Part shown: positions 18,001 through 27,752 of the stretch, piece by piece
Numbering within the stretch: the stretch's first letter is position 1
Layout: each line of letters opens with the position of its first letter
Assembly (NCBI GenBank): GCA_038046345.1
Contig: JBBSWJ010000021.1
Span: forward strand, 1-43,598
Direction of reading: 5' to 3'
Length of the DNA stretch: 43,598 bases
Origin: Nanobdellota archaeon
GTDB lineage: Archaea > Nanobdellota > Nanobdellia > SCGC-AAA011-G17 > JACPNG01
The notes under the pieces: model-generated
The model's database searches: none
Seen by the model: only the letters and a program-made list of their open reading frames with translations
What the model was told of the DNA's origin: nothing
Position numbers and translations under genes: made by a program

Positions 18001-20024
18001 TTGAAATCGATGAAAACCTTCAAAAAACCTCACTGAAACAAAACTCTTTTAATGATTTTTCTGGCATGGATCTAACAATTAAAAAACTTATTGACTTAAA
18101 GATTAACGGAGTTCATGGTCCGGTATTTTCGCTTGGTAAAGTACCAAGTAAATACTCAATGGCATTAAGTGTAGCTGCTGGCCCAAGACTAAAGAGTATT
18201 GTAGTGGACAGCGATGTAACTGCATCAAAATGCATACAAATACTTAAGGAAAAGAAGCTTGGAGTTATCACATTCCTGCCACTAAACAAGCTTAAAGTAC
18301 GCGCTCCTGACACTCACACTGAACAATTAAAAAACAATGAAGGAGTTCTTGGAAAGGCCAATGAATTAGTGGAATTTAACAAAAAATATAGCAGTGTTTT
18401 TTCTTATGTGTTCGGAGATACACTTGTTATTGACTCTATCGCAACAGGAAGAAAAATAGGGGTTGGCAGAGCAAGGATGGTAACACTTGATGGTGACCTA
18501 TTAGAAACATCAGGTGCTATGGTCGGAGGATTCAGAAGAAAATCAGCTATCGGTGGTTTTAAGGAAAAAGATCTTGAAGCAGATCTTGTCAAACTTGAAG
18601 AAGAACTGACCAAGACTAAAAAATTAGTTGATGCATTAGAGAATAACTTGGAATTAAATAATGAAGCTATAAGAAGATTACGCGAAGAAAAGTCGCTGTT
18701 AGAAGCAGAAATTTTAAAGTTTGAACGTGCCTTTGGAGTTAATGATATTGATGAAGTCTATAAAAAACAAAAAGCCTTAAAATCTGAATTACAAGACCTT
18801 GAAAAATCCCAGAAAAATATTTCTCAAGAAATTAATCAAAATATTCAAGAACTTAGCAAACTAAAAAAGCTGCGTGATAATGCTAAAGAAGCATTAAAAG
18901 ATTCTTCTGTTTCAAACACTTTTGAAAAATTCGATGAAAAACGGCGCGATATTCATGAAAAATTAGTTCAACGCGCGGCTACGTTAAAAAACATATCACA
19001 ACAGGTGTCTGACATGTATGAACCAGAGCTTGAAAAAACAAAGAAGATTATTGACAGTTCTGAAAAAGAGCTTATTGCTTTCACAAATGAATCTTCACAC
19101 TTAGAAGCTGAGCTAAAGAACTCTAAAGGTATGTTAAAAGAAAAAGAATTAGCTGAAAAAAAATTCTATGATGACTTTAAAGGAATATTCCAAAAAAGAA
19201 ACAAACTAAATGAATCTTTGTTAAAGATGGAACAGCAGGTTATTCAAGAAAATGATCACGTTAGAGAGATAGAACACAAAGCTCAAACAATTGACATAGA
19301 CAGAGCAAAAATTAAAGCTGAAATTGCAGGTCTTGAAGAAGAGTTTAAAGATTTTAAAGATGAAAAATTACGGCGTGGTCTAAGCTTAGAACAGTTACGC
19401 AGTGAGATTAATAAATTTGAACATTTAATGCAAAATATAGGGTCTGTTAATCTTAGGGCCCTTGAAGTATTTGAAACCGCTGAAAAAGAATATAATGTAA
19501 TTCTAGATAAAGCTAGCAAATTAAATTTAGAAAAAGATGATGTGTTACGCATGATGTCAGAAATAGACTCTCAGAAAAAGGATTTATTTATGAAAACATT
19601 TAAGGTTCTTCATAAAAATTTTAAGAATATTTTTTCTAATCTTTCTACTAAAGGAGAAGCTCATTTAATAGTAGAAGACGAAGATAATATATTTGAAACC
19701 GGAGTTGATATCCAGGTTCATATTACTGGAAGTAAATACCTCGATATAAAAAGTTTATCAGGCGGAGAAAAGACCATGGCTGCATTAGCATTTATTTTTG
19801 CTATACAAGATATGGAACCAGCTGCGTTTTATCTATTGGATGAAGTTGATGCTGCACTTGACAAGAAGAACTCTGAACTGTTATCTAAACTGATTAAAAA
19901 ATACTCTTCCGGAGCACAATACATCGTTGTATCACACAATGACACAATTATCAATGAAGCTGACCAGATATACGGTATTTCTATGCAAGATGCTGTGAGC
20001 AAAATTGTTAGTTTAAAACTTTGA
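15018..20024 (+). CDS. smc: Chromosome segregation protein SMC, intein-containing precursor (about 1144 aa after splicing)
   Basis: GFKSF, GPNGSGK|SNIMD Walker A split by an intein, ILQGD, coiled coils, hinge (GRARMVTLDGD), LSGGEKT, LLDEVDAALD. Confidence 0.96.
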   Translation: MATIKALRLRGFKSFPKQVEIPFGDGYNIVIGPNGSGKSCSYNTIITLSDGQEIKIGDLVEEKLKTGWLHRELDDGVHCRSKQPVEVLSLNPWSMKEEGMYVSQFIKREGEPYLFEITTNTGKKVRTTGCHPVIVFKDGQVTSSLVKNLKEGSLIASPRVIHTNGLENEKNFARLFGYLVGDGYLRTDSIQFGNNTKEIIDDVKDLMKKLFNATPYESNGKNNYTKLIYRQKNVRKNVLDLIRNNEEKYTTEHKYIPNHFLNKDIETITHLLAGLFDTDGHINKKNPIIEFTTKNERLANQIQQLLLRIGIIARKKKRMCSATNTVNKIKRPYYYLYIESQENLCRFYINIPLRCKYKKERLEKHIKNKIVSNMNIDVLPRETNLLIRKAVELLGINVKSFKKKIPRLAAYMENRCSPTREGLKIVLLILTDKLLQIKEAGLELHRDQFNLVQTMDQLNISGASASKAINLNKQIIRDCWATGKFTPTSRNLNNFFNFISSAIESRLIELQVIMNTLHHLAHSDIFWDRITSINNVPGEKYVYDLTIPKNHNFIGDGIFVHNSNIMDAFTFVLGKTSAKAMRAEKSASLIFHGGKKGSPAKDAQVDIIFDNTSKSFPLKEKEIRISRLVKGTGQSTYKINEDTVTKQQVLELLSSAKIDPDGHNIILQGDIVRFMEMRPNDRRELIEEIAGISVYEDKKDKAMNELTKVDTKLNEAKIILTERDVYMKELKKECDQARKYRELESNIKSNKATYINIQIKARTEKKEEFDKKINDYNERIKKINTNISELKNKLSEKRSELDQVNATVEARGEIEQKKLHHDIEELKTNFAVKESRLNVCNSEITKINSRKKQLLQSLDSIKSKISSLKNQKETILNEEAKLKEEGKYLEANIKSFREKHNLGDEINSLDLIDNKIDNLQTGITKLQENRQDITRKIDTLNFQLSKTNESHNKNDIENIKNLKIKFKDITSNLSKSLNENSSLTIQLSNSRRKLFEIDENLQKTSLKQNSFNDFSGMDLTIKKLIDLKINGVHGPVFSLGKVPSKYSMALSVAAGPRLKSIVVDSDVTASKCIQILKEKKLGVITFLPLNKLKVRAPDTHTEQLKNNEGVLGKANELVEFNKKYSSVFSYVFGDTLVIDSIATGRKIGVGRARMVTLDGDLLETSGAMVGGFRRKSAIGGFKEKDLEADLVKLEEELTKTKKLVDALENNLELNNEAIRRLREEKSLLEAEILKFERAFGVNDIDEVYKKQKALKSELQDLEKSQKNISQEINQNIQELSKLKKLRDNAKEALKDSSVSNTFEKFDEKRRDIHEKLVQRAATLKNISQQVSDMYEPELEKTKKIIDSSEKELIAFTNESSHLEAELKNSKGMLKEKELAEKKFYDDFKGIFQKRNKLNESLLKMEQQVIQENDHVREIEHKAQTIDIDRAKIKAEIAGLEEEFKDFKDEKLRRGLSLEQLRSEINKFEHLMQNIGSVNLRALEVFETAEKEYNVILDKASKLNLEKDDVLRMMSEIDSQKKDLFMKTFKVLHKNFKNIFSNLSTKGEAHLIVEDEDNIFETGVDIQVHITGSKYLDIKSLSGGEKTMAALAFIFAIQDMEPAAFYLLDEVDAALDKKNSELLSKLIKKYSSGAQYIVVSHNDTIINEADQIYGISMQDAVSKIVSLKL
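15132..16703 (+). mobile_element. Intein (524 aa) with LAGLIDADG homing endonuclease, in the SMC P-loop
   Basis: Block A SCSYNTIITLSDG, block B TTGCHP, LAGLIDADG-like LFGYLVGDG and LLAGLFDTDG, block F/G VYDLTIPKNHNFIGDGIFVHN followed by +1 Ser. Confidence 0.93.
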
Positions 20025-20029
20025 TTACA

Positions 20030-20275
20030 TTAAAACATATGGTGGTATAAACTCATACCTAATACACTACCAGTATATACGCTTGCCATTTCTTCCAGCT
20101 CTTGTTTTCTTGAATCAATATGACCGAAAAGAATTATTTGAAGAGTTGCTATCATAGGAAGAACAGTAGAATATGCAAACATCTCTATATTTGTATCAAT
20201 ATCCCCGCGGCCATATGCTGCTAAAAATCCGCATACAATCCCGCCAGCAAAATAAGCTTTTGTCCATGTATTCAT
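20030..20275 (-). CDS. Small membrane protein, paralog of 20294..20608
   Basis: Shares WTKAYFAGG, IDTNIE and MA..YTGSVLGMS with its neighbour. Confidence 0.65.
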   Translation of the reverse strand: MNTWTKAYFAGGIVCGFLAAYGRGDIDTNIEMFAYSTVLPMIATLQIILFGHIDSRKQELEEMASVYTGSVLGMSLYHHMF

Positions 20276-20293
20276 TGTATATCCACACCTGTT

Positions 20294-20608
20294 CTATAAC
20301 AGATTACATAAGCTCATAGTGTTACATGCAGTGTCACATATACTCATGCCTAACACACTACCAGTATACGTAGCTGCCATTCGTTCAATGAGCTCTTTTC
20401 TTGAAACAATTTGGCCTAAAAATTTTCTTGGAACAAATTTGTTTATCAAAAACACTTGAAACCAAAGTACTAAAGGGAACGCAGCAGAATACTCAAAGAT
20501 CTCTATATTTGTGTCAATAGCATAACCTCCAAGATCACTAGTCCCATAAGCTGTTGCAAAACCACATGCCACCCCACCCGCAAAATAAGCTTTTGTCCAT
20601 AAATCCAT
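20294..20608 (-). CDS. Small membrane protein whose start lies inside a triplicated 17-nt unit
   Basis: MDLWTKAYFAGG in frame from the ATG at 20608 (ORF track starts at 20617). Confidence 0.6.
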   Translation of the reverse strand: MDLWTKAYFAGGVACGFATAYGTSDLGGYAIDTNIEIFEYSAAFPLVLWFQVFLINKFVPRKFLGQIVSRKELIERMAATYTGSVLGMSICDTACNTMSLCNLL

Positions 20609-20641
20609 TTTGTCCATAAATCCATTTTGTCCATAAATCCA
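20591..20641. repeat. Tandem repeat, 3 x 17 nt (TTTTGTCCATAAATCCA)
   Basis: Exact copies at 20591, 20608 and 20625. Confidence 0.95.
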
Positions 20642-20675
20642 TGTTATATGATACTATCTTGTATTTAATGTTATT

Positions 20676-20702
20676 AAAAAAAGAAGGAGGGTAAAAACCC
20701 CC
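20676..20702 (-). terminator. Hairpin plus U-tract downstream of 20705..22024
   Basis: Minus strand reads GGGGGT-TTTT-ACCCTCC-TTCTTTTTTT directly after the stop codon. Confidence 0.6.
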
Positions 20703-20704
20703 AA

Positions 20705-22024
20705 CTAAATTTTTGGATAGTAGTAATAACTCTGTCCTTCACCAGTACCAAGCTCTTCGTCGCCCCTCATTCTTGAAAAGGCTACTATCAAGCCAAGTAT
20801 GATCAAGACTACTACTAAAACAACCACTCCAATTATTAGTGCTTGCTTTAAGTCGCCGTCAAAACCACTACCTTCATTGTCATCTACAGCTACAACTGCT
20901 TCAACAGTAGTTGTTAAGCTGATTTCGCTTACTATTTCAGTTCCGCTCTTTACACGTAATGTAAATGAATGTCTACCTTCTGTTGCTCCCTCTTGTGGAG
21001 TTATGTAAACAACAACCTCGCCATTACTCTCTGCTGGTATTGTTACAAAAGCCGGTACTACTGAAGAATCTGCAAAAATTTGTTCTCCTTCAGTTTCAAC
21101 AGTGAATAGTTTACTTTCCATTCCTAGGTTTGCAATCATTACACGATATGCTGCTTCTTTTCCAATACCAGTTGTTTTACTGGTAGAGTCTGTGCTTACA
21201 ATAACTTTATCTGCTGGTTCTTGTGGTACAGTAGTATCCTGCTCCATGCCTTTAACAGATATTAGTTCTGTATAGCTTATAGTGTTATGCCCCCTGTTGA
21301 ATTCTAGTGTAACAACAAGCTCATAACTTCCAGTTGCTGCATTATCAGGAATGCTTAATAGAAGTTCATCACTTGACATACTGTCTTCTTCGTCTTCGTT
21401 ATCTACTTCTGCTGCTGCCAACTCATCAATGTATGTTCTTTCACTTACACCAAGTGTTGGTATGCTTACAGTTACCTTAACGTCTTCTTCTTTCTTAAAA
21501 CCAAGATTTTCTGCTCTTACTGTTACAAAAACAGGTCTTCCTGCTTCTACAACACTAGACGGTCTTACAATTACATCTTGAAAGACAACACTATGCCTTG
21601 GTTCTTTGATACGAAGTAAAAATGATGCTGTATCTTCTTCGTTATCATCATATAGTTTTACTCTTAAGGTATATGACTCTTCTACTTCAAGGTCGTCTGG
21701 TATTGCTAGGCGTAATACTTTTCTGTATTTTACTCCTGGCTCTACTTCAAATACCTCTGTTGCTGCTTCTACATCGTCGTGTTCATAACCACCGATATAT
21801 GCTTTAACTCTGACATCATCAGACCCTGCACCTTCACCGGTTAAAAACACTTCAATTATTGCGTCTTGACCTCTTTCTACAAAAACTGGTTCAGATTCTG
21901 ATGCTGATAATTCATCAACAAAAACTGATCCTAGTTTAAAGTTTGTTTCATCTGCTGAAACAGCACTTATCCCAGCCAATAATACTAAAGTTGCGATAAA
22001 CACTGTTATTAGCTTATTCTTCAT
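20705..22024 (-). CDS. Cell-surface/S-layer-like protein with Ig-like (CARDB-type) domains and C-terminal TM anchor
   Basis: Signal peptide MKNKLITVFIATLVLLAGISAVSA (AGGAGG RBS supports a start at 22024 rather than 22072), acidic beta-rich repeats, C-terminal hydrophobic helix. Confidence 0.75.
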   Translation of the reverse strand: MKNKLITVFIATLVLLAGISAVSADETNFKLGSVFVDELSASESEPVFVERGQDAIIEVFLTGEGAGSDDVRVKAYIGGYEHDDVEAATEVFEVEPGVKYRKVLRLAIPDDLEVEESYTLRVKLYDDNEEDTASFLLRIKEPRHSVVFQDVIVRPSSVVEAGRPVFVTVRAENLGFKKEEDVKVTVSIPTLGVSERTYIDELAAAEVDNEDEEDSMSSDELLLSIPDNAATGSYELVVTLEFNRGHNTISYTELISVKGMEQDTTVPQEPADKVIVSTDSTSKTTGIGKEAAYRVMIANLGMESKLFTVETEGEQIFADSSVVPAFVTIPAESNGEVVVYITPQEGATEGRHSFTLRVKSGTEIVSEISLTTTVEAVVAVDDNEGSGFDGDLKQALIIGVVVLVVVLIILGLIVAFSRMRGDEELGTGEGQSYYYYPKI

Positions 22025-22118
22025 GGTTAAACCCTCCTTATGGTTCATTATGAACATTATGTTGCCATTCAATAGTTATGACCCATATATAAACCTTGCG
22101 GTGGTTACTATATGGGGG

Positions 22119-24311
22119 TTAAAACACCTCAAAACTAAGGTATTTTTGAACGCTTGCATCACCGGATACTGCAGATACTTTTATGGTGTAAACACCACGT
22201 TTGATATCTGCAGGAACCTTCAATGAGATTACCTTCCAAGCCTCATCCTTCTGATCAAGTCTAACACTTTGTAATCTTTCAATAACTCCTTCTTCCAGTA
22301 TAACACCAGTTAATAAAACAGATTCAATTCTTGTTCCAGTATTCTTAACTTTTACATAAACATTTATGGTATCGCCAGGCAATACAAGATCATTCTCAAT
22401 AAAAGCACTTTTAATGCTAAGCTCATGTTTGTCACATCTACTGACTAAGATTTTATCAGTCAAAATAAGCACAGCTCCTTCAGCATCTTTTACTGTAACC
22501 TTTATAGTATACTCACCGATCTTATGATAAACATGTGTTGGCTTAAATCCTTCAACAAAGTCGCTTCCATCCCCGAAATCCCATAAAGCTTTGACAATCT
22601 TACTATCCTTGTCTAACACATCAATAGAGTATTGTTTTAATCCATCAAGACATGCTTGAGCAACATCAATTGTTCCAGTTGGTGCATCATTTACCGGTTT
22701 TACTGTAATATCGAAGGTATCCTTGACAACGGATGAACCATCTTCTACAGCAACAGTTATAGCACTAACTCCAGGTCCTTCTAAGCCTATGCAATGAACA
22801 AAATGATCTCCCCTTATACCACAGTTGATTACTTCAATATCACTTTGGCTAATAATTGTGTATACCAAACCAATTAAAGAAACTGTTCCATCAATAGTAT
22901 AATCCCATAAATCTAATAGAGGATTATCAATAGAATCTTCTTCTACAGTCTGATCTGGCACACTTAACTGCGGAGCCGCATAACAGTATAATAACTCATC
23001 TATTTCACCATCGCAATCATCATCAAGCTCATTACATACCTCAGTGCTTGGACTAACCTCACCAGCACATTCCCCGAAATCACCCCAGTAACCAGGCTCC
23101 TCACAAACACGAGTTCTGATACCCTGCTCACAAACACCAGTAGACCTACCGCATAGTTCACTTTCAATATCACCTGCAAGGCATTCAGTAGGCAAAGGAT
23201 CTACTATTATATCAAACGTGTCTATCTCAGTTGATACTTCATCATTGACGCTTACTGTTAATGTGCTAATTCCAAATTTACCTGGCTGCGTGAAACAATT
23301 AATAAAGTTTCCATTAACTAATGCACAGTCTACAATTTCAGGATTACTTTCTGCTTCAATGGCGTAGGATAAATCAGAACGTAATGCTTCTGAAACAGTC
23401 CAATCAAATAAGTTCACAAAATGAAGATGGTACCCAGAATCCTGTTCTAAATGAAAATCAGGAACATTTAATTCTAGTTCTATTCCACAGATTAAACTTT
23501 CATCTGTTTCCCCATCGCAATCATCATCAAGCTCATTACATACCTCGGTGCTTGGACCAACCTCACCAACACATTCTCCAAAATCACCCCAGTAACCAGG
23601 CTCCTCACAAACACGAGTTCTTACACCCTGCTCACAAACACCAATAGAACTACCACAGAGTTCACCATTTATTTCTCCAGGGATACATTCTTGTTCTGTG
23701 CCAGTAATCCCATAACCAATTACTGTAAATGACCCACCAACCGATACAAATGTGATATGATTCACATCTGATTCAAGCAGATTTGTTAATTGGAATCTAT
23801 CGTAATGTACTGTATCATCATGACATTGCATACAATCCCCCTCGCTTGAACAATCATAACCAAGGTTACATGCTGCATCATTTGTTCTACCAATATAACG
23901 CCCGTTTAAGTATAAATCAGCCCTTTCATTCGAGAAAGTACCACCACCAAAGTTAGTAGTAGCCACCACTAGTTCTGGGCTTATCAAATTTGATGAAACT
24001 GTAAATTCTGAGGTGTAAATAGTTTCTCCTAATACTGAATGGGGAGATCTAATACTGCAACCACCTATACCAAAACTTGATGCTGCATCAGAATAACATG
24101 AACCATGAATGCCAAAGCTCCTAAATGTTTCACTGTTACATGCTGTATCCGGTTCTCCTGCGTCATTACCGCATATTCCATCAGCCCCTAAATTTGCTTG
24201 TTCATAAAGCCTTACCTCTTGAGTATATGCTAAGGCTGCATTACTAAGTAATAATGTAAATAATAATAGTAATAATAGTGATTTTAACTTCATTTTATTG
24301 AAATCCTCCAA
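22119..24311 (-). CDS. Cys/Asp-rich secreted surface protein with two CNELDDDCDG metal-binding repeats, a PKD domain and a C-terminal Ig-like domain
   Basis: Signal peptide, EVCNELDDDCDG twice, WDFGDGS..PTHVY...GEYTIKVTV PKD motif. Confidence 0.8.
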   Translation of the reverse strand: MEDFNKMKLKSLLLLLLFTLLLSNAALAYTQEVRLYEQANLGADGICGNDAGEPDTACNSETFRSFGIHGSCYSDAASSFGIGGCSIRSPHSVLGETIYTSEFTVSSNLISPELVVATTNFGGGTFSNERADLYLNGRYIGRTNDAACNLGYDCSSEGDCMQCHDDTVHYDRFQLTNLLESDVNHITFVSVGGSFTVIGYGITGTEQECIPGEINGELCGSSIGVCEQGVRTRVCEEPGYWGDFGECVGEVGPSTEVCNELDDDCDGETDESLICGIELELNVPDFHLEQDSGYHLHFVNLFDWTVSEALRSDLSYAIEAESNPEIVDCALVNGNFINCFTQPGKFGISTLTVSVNDEVSTEIDTFDIIVDPLPTECLAGDIESELCGRSTGVCEQGIRTRVCEEPGYWGDFGECAGEVSPSTEVCNELDDDCDGEIDELLYCYAAPQLSVPDQTVEEDSIDNPLLDLWDYTIDGTVSLIGLVYTIISQSDIEVINCGIRGDHFVHCIGLEGPGVSAITVAVEDGSSVVKDTFDITVKPVNDAPTGTIDVAQACLDGLKQYSIDVLDKDSKIVKALWDFGDGSDFVEGFKPTHVYHKIGEYTIKVTVKDAEGAVLILTDKILVSRCDKHELSIKSAFIENDLVLPGDTINVYVKVKNTGTRIESVLLTGVILEEGVIERLQSVRLDQKDEAWKVISLKVPADIKRGVYTIKVSAVSGDASVQKYLSFEVF
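22996..23665. repeat. Intragenic duplication; about 166-nt near-identical copies at 22996..23161 and 23500..23665 (504-nt period)
   Basis: CEQG.RTRVCEEPGYWGDFGEC.GEV.PSTEVCNELDDDCDGE occurs twice and is conserved at DNA level. Confidence 0.9.
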
Positions 24312-24479
24312 ATTTTATCCCTTCACAGTAATATCGTTATATTTAAATCTTTCTATTGTTACCACCATTTAGTAAGATTTAATAACCACCAAACCGATTA
24401 TTTCACTTAGCCCGATAAACAGAAGGTTTAAAAAAGGCTGCAGCAACGAAACTTAATCCTATCAGGACACGGAGGAAAA

Positions 24480-25256
24480 ATGACAGAAAATGAAGTAAAA
24501 ACTCAATCTGGAATAGCATACAATAAAAGTGATGCTAACACTGAGAAAAAAGAAACAATTACACTATCAAAGCTTAGCTTATGGAAATCAATTGCAGGTG
24601 TACTAGTTGTATTACTAGCCATATCTGTATGGACTGGAGGCTTTAATACTGGAAATGATGATAAATCACCAACGGGGGCAGTTGTAGGAACACCAACGCC
24701 TGGAACAGCGCCTACAGTAGTTGAAGTAAGCGAGGACGATGATGCCGCTACCGGAGACTCAGACGCACCAATAACAATTATTGAATTTAGTGATTATCAA
24801 TGCCCATTCTGTGGAAGATTTTACACTGAAACATTACCACAAATAAAAGCACAATACATAGACACTGGAAAAGCTAGGCTAGTATTTAGAGATCTACCAT
24901 TAAGCTTCCACCCCAGCGCAAAACCAGCTGCAGAAGCAGCAGAATGCGCACGCGACCAAGGGGACGATGAAGTTTACTTCAAGTATCATGATAAGCTATT
25001 TGAAAACGTAGCCGCATGGACTAGTAATGGTAAACCAACATTTGTAAGCTATGCATCAGAACTAGGTCTTAACACAGAAGAGTTCACAAAATGCATAGAC
25101 AATGGGAAGTTTAGCAGTGAAGTTGATGAAGACGCAAGAGACGCAAGCGCTTCCGGCGCAAGCGGTACACCAACCTTCTTTATCAACGGACAAAAAGTTG
25201 TTGGAGCCCAGCCATTTGCTGCATTTAAAGCGGTTATAGATGCTCAATTAAGCTGA
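24480..25256 (+). CDS. Membrane-anchored DsbA-family thiol-disulfide oxidoreductase
   Basis: APITIIEFSDYQCPFCGRF, FRDLPL, GTPTFFING, GAQP; GGAGG RBS. Confidence 0.92.
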   Translation: MTENEVKTQSGIAYNKSDANTEKKETITLSKLSLWKSIAGVLVVLLAISVWTGGFNTGNDDKSPTGAVVGTPTPGTAPTVVEVSEDDDAATGDSDAPITIIEFSDYQCPFCGRFYTETLPQIKAQYIDTGKARLVFRDLPLSFHPSAKPAAEAAECARDQGDDEVYFKYHDKLFENVAAWTSNGKPTFVSYASELGLNTEEFTKCIDNGKFSSEVDEDARDASASGASGTPTFFINGQKVVGAQPFAAFKAVIDAQLS

Positions 25257-25315
25257 GCATATCCTTTTATTTTTGAAACGAAATATTTATAGCCTAATGT
25301 TTACTAGCAAACTTT

Positions 25316-25792
25316 ATGAACGATTACTCATCAAAACACCAACAATCAGCTGATGAGTTCAAGACACGTGAACATCAACGGGAAGAAGAAAGAACTAAAC
25401 TGAATACGTCAAAATCCAAGAAAAAAAAGATTATGATCTTAACCATATTTTTAGTTGTATCACTCATGGGAGCGGGTATTTTTTTATTAAAATCAAGTAA
25501 TTCTGGCCCTGGAGAATTTGATAGCCTTGCAGAATGTATCACTAATTCAGGTACAATAATGTATGGAACTGATTGGTGCCCGCACTGTGCTAATCAAAAA
25601 GCTTCTTTTGGGAAAAGTTTTAGGTTAATTAATTATGTAAACTGCGATAAAGACAAGATTAAATGTGACGCTGCAGACGTCAAAGGATACCCAACATGGA
25701 CATTCAGCGACGGATCAGTAGTTTCTGGTGAACAGACCTTAGAAACCCTTGCTAAAATGAGCAATTGTGAATTCTCTAATGAAACCAAATAA
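25316..25792 (+). CDS. Membrane-anchored thioredoxin/glutaredoxin-like protein
   Basis: One TM helix then MYGTDWCPHC, YVNC, GYPTW (type often partnered with VKOR). Confidence 0.8.
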   Translation: MNDYSSKHQQSADEFKTREHQREEERTKLNTSKSKKKKIMILTIFLVVSLMGAGIFLLKSSNSGPGEFDSLAECITNSGTIMYGTDWCPHCANQKASFGKSFRLINYVNCDKDKIKCDAADVKGYPTWTFSDGSVVSGEQTLETLAKMSNCEFSNETK

Positions 25793-25897
25793 AATTAGCA
25801 ATAAATGTTGAATAAAATTTACAAAATTACCATAGCAAAGTTGATATACAAGCCAAGAAATACAAAGAGTTATAAATTAAGGTTATAGCAAATTTTC

Positions 25898-27160
25898 ATG
25901 GTAAATAATTATAGCAAAAAGTTTGTAAGAATAATCTCAGCATTAACCATGTGCGGAGCAATAGGCGGAGCTACATTAAGATGGCATACTGAAATAGAAA
26001 GAGGCAGAAGTATCCCTTTAGCTTTTTCAGAAATACATCAAATCGAAACAGCTTATCAAGTTGGACCAATAACAAAATTCCTTGGAAGGTTAAACGATGC
26101 TTACATGAAAATTGTTGAAAGTTCTAATGTTGCATCACACACTGATGATTATAAGTCCTTCCATCATGCATTCCAAGATGGTCTAAGAAAGCGTATGAGC
26201 GGGCGGGAGAAAAAAAATAAGGGATACCATTATGATTTATCAGATCATCTTGAAGATATACCGGCATTAGCTGATGAAGTTCATGAGTTGCTTAATCCTT
26301 GGGTTACTGCAGTTAATAGAATTAAAATTGTTAATCAACAATTAAATGCTTCATGGAGCTCAAAACATGATAAGACTACCAGCTCAGACCTAGAGTGCTC
26401 AACTGATATAGATGGTAACATAAGTTGTACCACCACAACTGAATGTGATTATGTTGATAGTTATTTTTATTTTGATAGAAACCATGGAATAAGAGCACAA
26501 GAAACTCTTCAGGACTTACTTGATAAAAATTTAAACATAGTTCCTTCAGAAGAGATCAGAACTGCAACTGTAGTACAAGCAGAAAACCAAGCAGCAATTG
26601 AATCGACTAAAGATGGCGGTAAAAAATTGACTCAAAATGAATTATTACACACGGTCAATATTTGGAAAACAGGATCAACTTATGAACAAGAAAAAGATGG
26701 CGTTATCATATCATGGAGTAATATACCTTACCACTTAGAAGAGCTAAGCAAAGCTAACACTACGGCTACTCAGATACATCATAACCGATCACACGCTTGT
26801 ATTAACTGGAGTGGCCCTGAAGAGTATAAAACATTCCAGTCTACTCTTGCAAATGGTACTGATTTAGCCACATCTATTGAAAATGTTTTGAGGGGAATTG
26901 ATGTTGCAAGAACTACATTACCAGAACTTAGAGTTGAAATTGATAAGTATACCAATTTAGACCCGGAAAGTAAAGAAGCCGATAAGTCTTATGATAAGAT
27001 CATGAGTTTAGCACGTTTAGCTTATGAATCTAATTTCAGAGGTGGGCATGACACCCACAAGTTTAGGTGGCATCGAGTCGCTATTGACGGATTGGTGGGC
27101 GGTTTATTCGCAGGCCTAATTGGTTTTGGAGCAAGAAAAATCCTGAAGCATAACAGATAA
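25898..27160 (+). CDS. Hypothetical extracellular protein with N- and C-terminal hydrophobic segments
   Basis: 420-aa ORF; no family recognised. Confidence 0.65.
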   Translation: MVNNYSKKFVRIISALTMCGAIGGATLRWHTEIERGRSIPLAFSEIHQIETAYQVGPITKFLGRLNDAYMKIVESSNVASHTDDYKSFHHAFQDGLRKRMSGREKKNKGYHYDLSDHLEDIPALADEVHELLNPWVTAVNRIKIVNQQLNASWSSKHDKTTSSDLECSTDIDGNISCTTTTECDYVDSYFYFDRNHGIRAQETLQDLLDKNLNIVPSEEIRTATVVQAENQAAIESTKDGGKKLTQNELLHTVNIWKTGSTYEQEKDGVIISWSNIPYHLEELSKANTTATQIHHNRSHACINWSGPEEYKTFQSTLANGTDLATSIENVLRGIDVARTTLPELRVEIDKYTNLDPESKEADKSYDKIMSLARLAYESNFRGGHDTHKFRWHRVAIDGLVGGLFAGLIGFGARKILKHNR

Positions 27161-27257
27161 ATTAACTGTTCTTTTACTTAGATATATTGAATAAAACTTA
27201 CAAAATCATTAAAAACAGTGTTTAATCTTTAAAATCATAAAAAAGGAGGTTAATTAA

Positions 27258-27656
27258 ATGTTGAACAGTTTTGGGAAAAAACATGGCGATAAACTATACG
27301 CAGTAGCTAGGTTTATTGTTGGGGCATTATTCTTTCAGCATGGTGCTCAAAAGATTTTTGGTTTATTAGGCGGGAGCAAAGTAGGGTTAGCAAGTTTTAT
27401 AGGCGTTGCAGGTATTATCGAATTGGTTGCTGGAATTGCAATAGCAGCAGGGATATTTACCAGATTAGCTGCAGGAATTGCTGCATCAGAAATGTTGGTA
27501 GCTTTTTTTAAAGCGCACTTTAAGTTTTCTGGAGGATTAGCCGGATGGGTGCCTATTATGAACGGCGGTGAATTAGCACTATTGTTTTTAGCAGCCTTCT
27601 TAGTGATACTAGCATATGGTGCCGGAAAATGCAGCCTTGAAAAAACCTTTAAATAA
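27258..27656 (+). CDS. DoxX-family membrane protein
   Basis: RFIVGALFFQHGAQKIFG, IELVAG, NGGELALL; AGGAGGT RBS. Confidence 0.9.
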   Translation: MLNSFGKKHGDKLYAVARFIVGALFFQHGAQKIFGLLGGSKVGLASFIGVAGIIELVAGIAIAAGIFTRLAAGIAASEMLVAFFKAHFKFSGGLAGWVPIMNGGELALLFLAAFLVILAYGAGKCSLEKTFK

Positions 27657-27752
27657 TAATTTTTTATTTTTTTATAATAAGTACTTTTAATAGATTAAAT
27701 TATCACTTGTAAGTAGCGAAACGTTTATAAAGTATAAAAATACGCCAGTATA

